Shown piece after piece: positions 61,901 through 64,000 of a stretch of DNA of 64,000 bases (position 1 is its first letter; each line of letters begins with the position of its first letter). The notes below the pieces were generated by a model that worked only from the letters and a program-made list of their open reading frames with translations, had not been told where the DNA came from and made no database searches. Both the position numbers and the translations under genes were made by a program. This stretch comes from Callorhinchus milii (Eukaryota): NCBI RefSeq assembly GCF_018977255.1, contig NW_024704743.1, forward strand, positions 496,001-560,000, given 5' to 3'.

Positions 61901-62224
61901 GTGAGCGAAGTAGGGTAAATTCGGAACAAATCTGCAGAAGTTGTCACAAGACGGCGGAAGTGTTGATTCTTTCACAAGCAAATGAGATTGATTTCTTTTA
62001 GGGAATAATATCTCAGGACACAGTATATAGTTTGGCGCACAACATGTGTATGTGATGGTGGAGGTTCTTATGTTCTTATAAGTGACTAATAATCTTAGAA
62101 GATAAATTGGTCATTCAAGGTTACCTGTGGGATTTTGCAGTGTGTTAATTGGCTGTTGTATTTGGCTGGAAATATACGGTTATCAATGTGTCTGTGAAGC
62201 ACTTTGAGATGTTACAGGTTTCTT

Positions 62225-63130
62225 GAGGACCTGGGTTTGAATCCTGGGTGGGGTGGGGTGGGGGGAATGGCGAAACCTTAGGCAAGTTTCCTTACTCCAC
62301 ACGCCTCTGTAAATGGCAACTCGGTTGTTAGTCGATTGGGGATCACTTTCACCAATAATAATAATTAATCAATAAAATATAATAATGATCTGGTCACTCA
62401 GTCTACGAATGTTTGTGGGACGCTGCTGTGCGCAATAGGCTGCCGCGTTTTGTCCACAAAATACAGTCAATTTACTATGAAGCGCTTTTCGAGACTTAAG
62501 ACTCGAAGAGGCGCTATATAAAACGCAAGGATTATTATTCATACAAAATAAATCCCAACTAGCGAACCTCACCAATATTCCTTTCATACTGAGCAATGTG
62601 GTAATTTTATGTTCCTTGCATCGGTTGTATTATCCAACCCCATTAACTCTCAGCCTTTGCTCCTGGCCACATCCTTGTGATTGTCAAACCACTCCAGAGA
62701 CGAGCCAGTTTATCTGTAATCATCCACCGACTTACCACCAATAAATCTTGGAAACTAAAGACATTTCAAAGCTGATATGTTTTAAGTCGAGTTTTCGAAA
62801 GTATCTCAATACACTGAGCCTTCTTAGCCGTTCTGAATAAAAAGTTACCCACGGCCTAAAGCGTAGCTTTGAATCTTCTCATAACTTATGTTGATTGCTC
62901 TTTGGTCTGATCAGATCCATTGATAATAATGATAATAATCTTTGCATTTGATACAGCGCGTTGTCACCTCTTCGAGACGTCTCAAAGCGCTTCACAGAAC
63001 ATACTGGAAAGTGAATTGACTGTATATTTTGTGGACAGCCAATTTGCGCACAGCAGCGTCCCCACGAACAGTCGTGGATTGAGTGACCAAATTATTTTTT
63101 TAAAGGGTTTATCATCCCCAGAAAAGCTGG
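62225..63130. mobile_element. Inverted tRNA-SINE pair (+ 62225-62539, - 62922-63130)
   Basis: Family bodies with facing tails. Confidence 0.9.
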
Positions 63131-63259
63131 CGATGATAAAAAAAAAATCCACAACCCTCCCCCCCCCCCCAAAAAAAAAAATAATGGACATATTGTACCA
63201 GGGAGCATAAATCCGTAAGGCCCCAAAAATGGCAGGATGTTTGACTGAAACTATACTTG

Positions 63260-63806
63260 TGGGGACTAGTTGGGGTAAGAGCGGGGGAGTGGGGACTAGT
63301 TGGGGTAAGAGCGGGGGAGTGGGGACTAGTTGGGGTAAGAGCGGGGGAGTGGGGCTAGTTGGGGTAAGAGCGGGGAGTGGGGACTAGTTGGGTAAGAGCG
63401 GGGGAGTGGGGACTAGTTGGGGTAAGAGCGGGGAGTGGGGACTAGTTGGGGTAAGAGCGGGGGAGTGGGGACTAGTTGGGGTAAGAGCGGGGGGGGGACT
63501 AGTTGGGTAAGAGCGGGGGAGTGGGACTGGTTGGGGTAAGAGCGGGGGAGTGGGGACTAGTTGGGGTAAGAGCGGGGGAGTGGGGACTAGTTGGGGTAAG
63601 AGCGGGGGAGTGGGGACTAGTGGGGGAGTGGGTGGGGTAAGAGTGGGGGAGTGGGGACTAGTTGGGGTAAGAGCGGGGGAGTGGGGTCTGTTGGGGTAGG
63701 AGCGGGAGAGTGGGGACTAGTTGGGGTAAGAGCGGGGGAGTGGGGACTAGTTGGGGTAAGAGCGGGGGAGTGGGGACTAGTTGGGGTAAGAGACGGGAGT
63801 GGGACT
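63260..63806. repeat. 30 bp G-rich minisatellite, ~18 copies (ggggactagttggggtaagagcgggggagt)
   Basis: Near-identical head-to-tail units with no spacers. Confidence 0.97.
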
Positions 63807-63880
63807 CCCCCGTTGGCAGCTCTTTCGAAGAGCTGGCACAGGCACGATGGGCCGAATGGCCTCCTTCTGTGCTTTATTCT
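63783..63880 (+). mobile_element. CR1 LINE 3' UTR
   Basis: gctctttcgaagagctggcacaggcacgatgggccgaatggcctccttctgtgc. Confidence 0.9.
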
Positions 63881-64000
63881 CACCTGTGAGATTCTTCCTT
63901 TGCAGGGTCCAGAGTCACGGTGAGAATAAAGTTTCGCAATGATACTTAATACCTGATCTTTCCATCTAAATTATTGAAAGTGTCAGCTATCCATTTTCAG

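Noticed and set aside
63260..63806. CRISPR-like 30 bp repeats
   Set aside because: No unique spacers, no cas genes, and a vertebrate context.

Overview
Vertebrate nuclear DNA, non-coding and repeat-rich. The repeat content points to a cartilaginous fish, most likely a chimaera such as the elephant shark (inference). I cannot support any intact protein-coding gene; the listed ORFs are low-complexity, SINE-derived or decayed LINE ORF2 tails. The window is dominated by roughly 55-60 copies or fragments (counted by eye) of one tRNA-derived SINE: tRNA-Ala-like head, CORE-like middle, Deu-domain 3' part, L2-type tail ending in (TTA)n. It also holds many 3' ends of L2 and CR1 LINEs, older DeuSINE and AmnSINE2-like relics, one hAT-type MITE and a ~540 bp repeat family I cannot classify (7 copies). 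Bases ~1050-4600 lack recognisable SINEs, look promoter-like and contain a degenerate ~160-200 bp tandem array. Several + strand splice-signal-bounded segments, including a possible recursive splice site at 40129/40130, suggest the 5' region and long intron(s) of an unidentified + strand gene. I found no clearly new biological system. The best leads are the degenerate array, the recursive-splice candidate, a young SINE subfamily carrying the L2 tail, the unclassified family and a perfect 24 bp inverted repeat. Repeat boundaries are approximate and family names come from recalled consensus sequences, not database searches.
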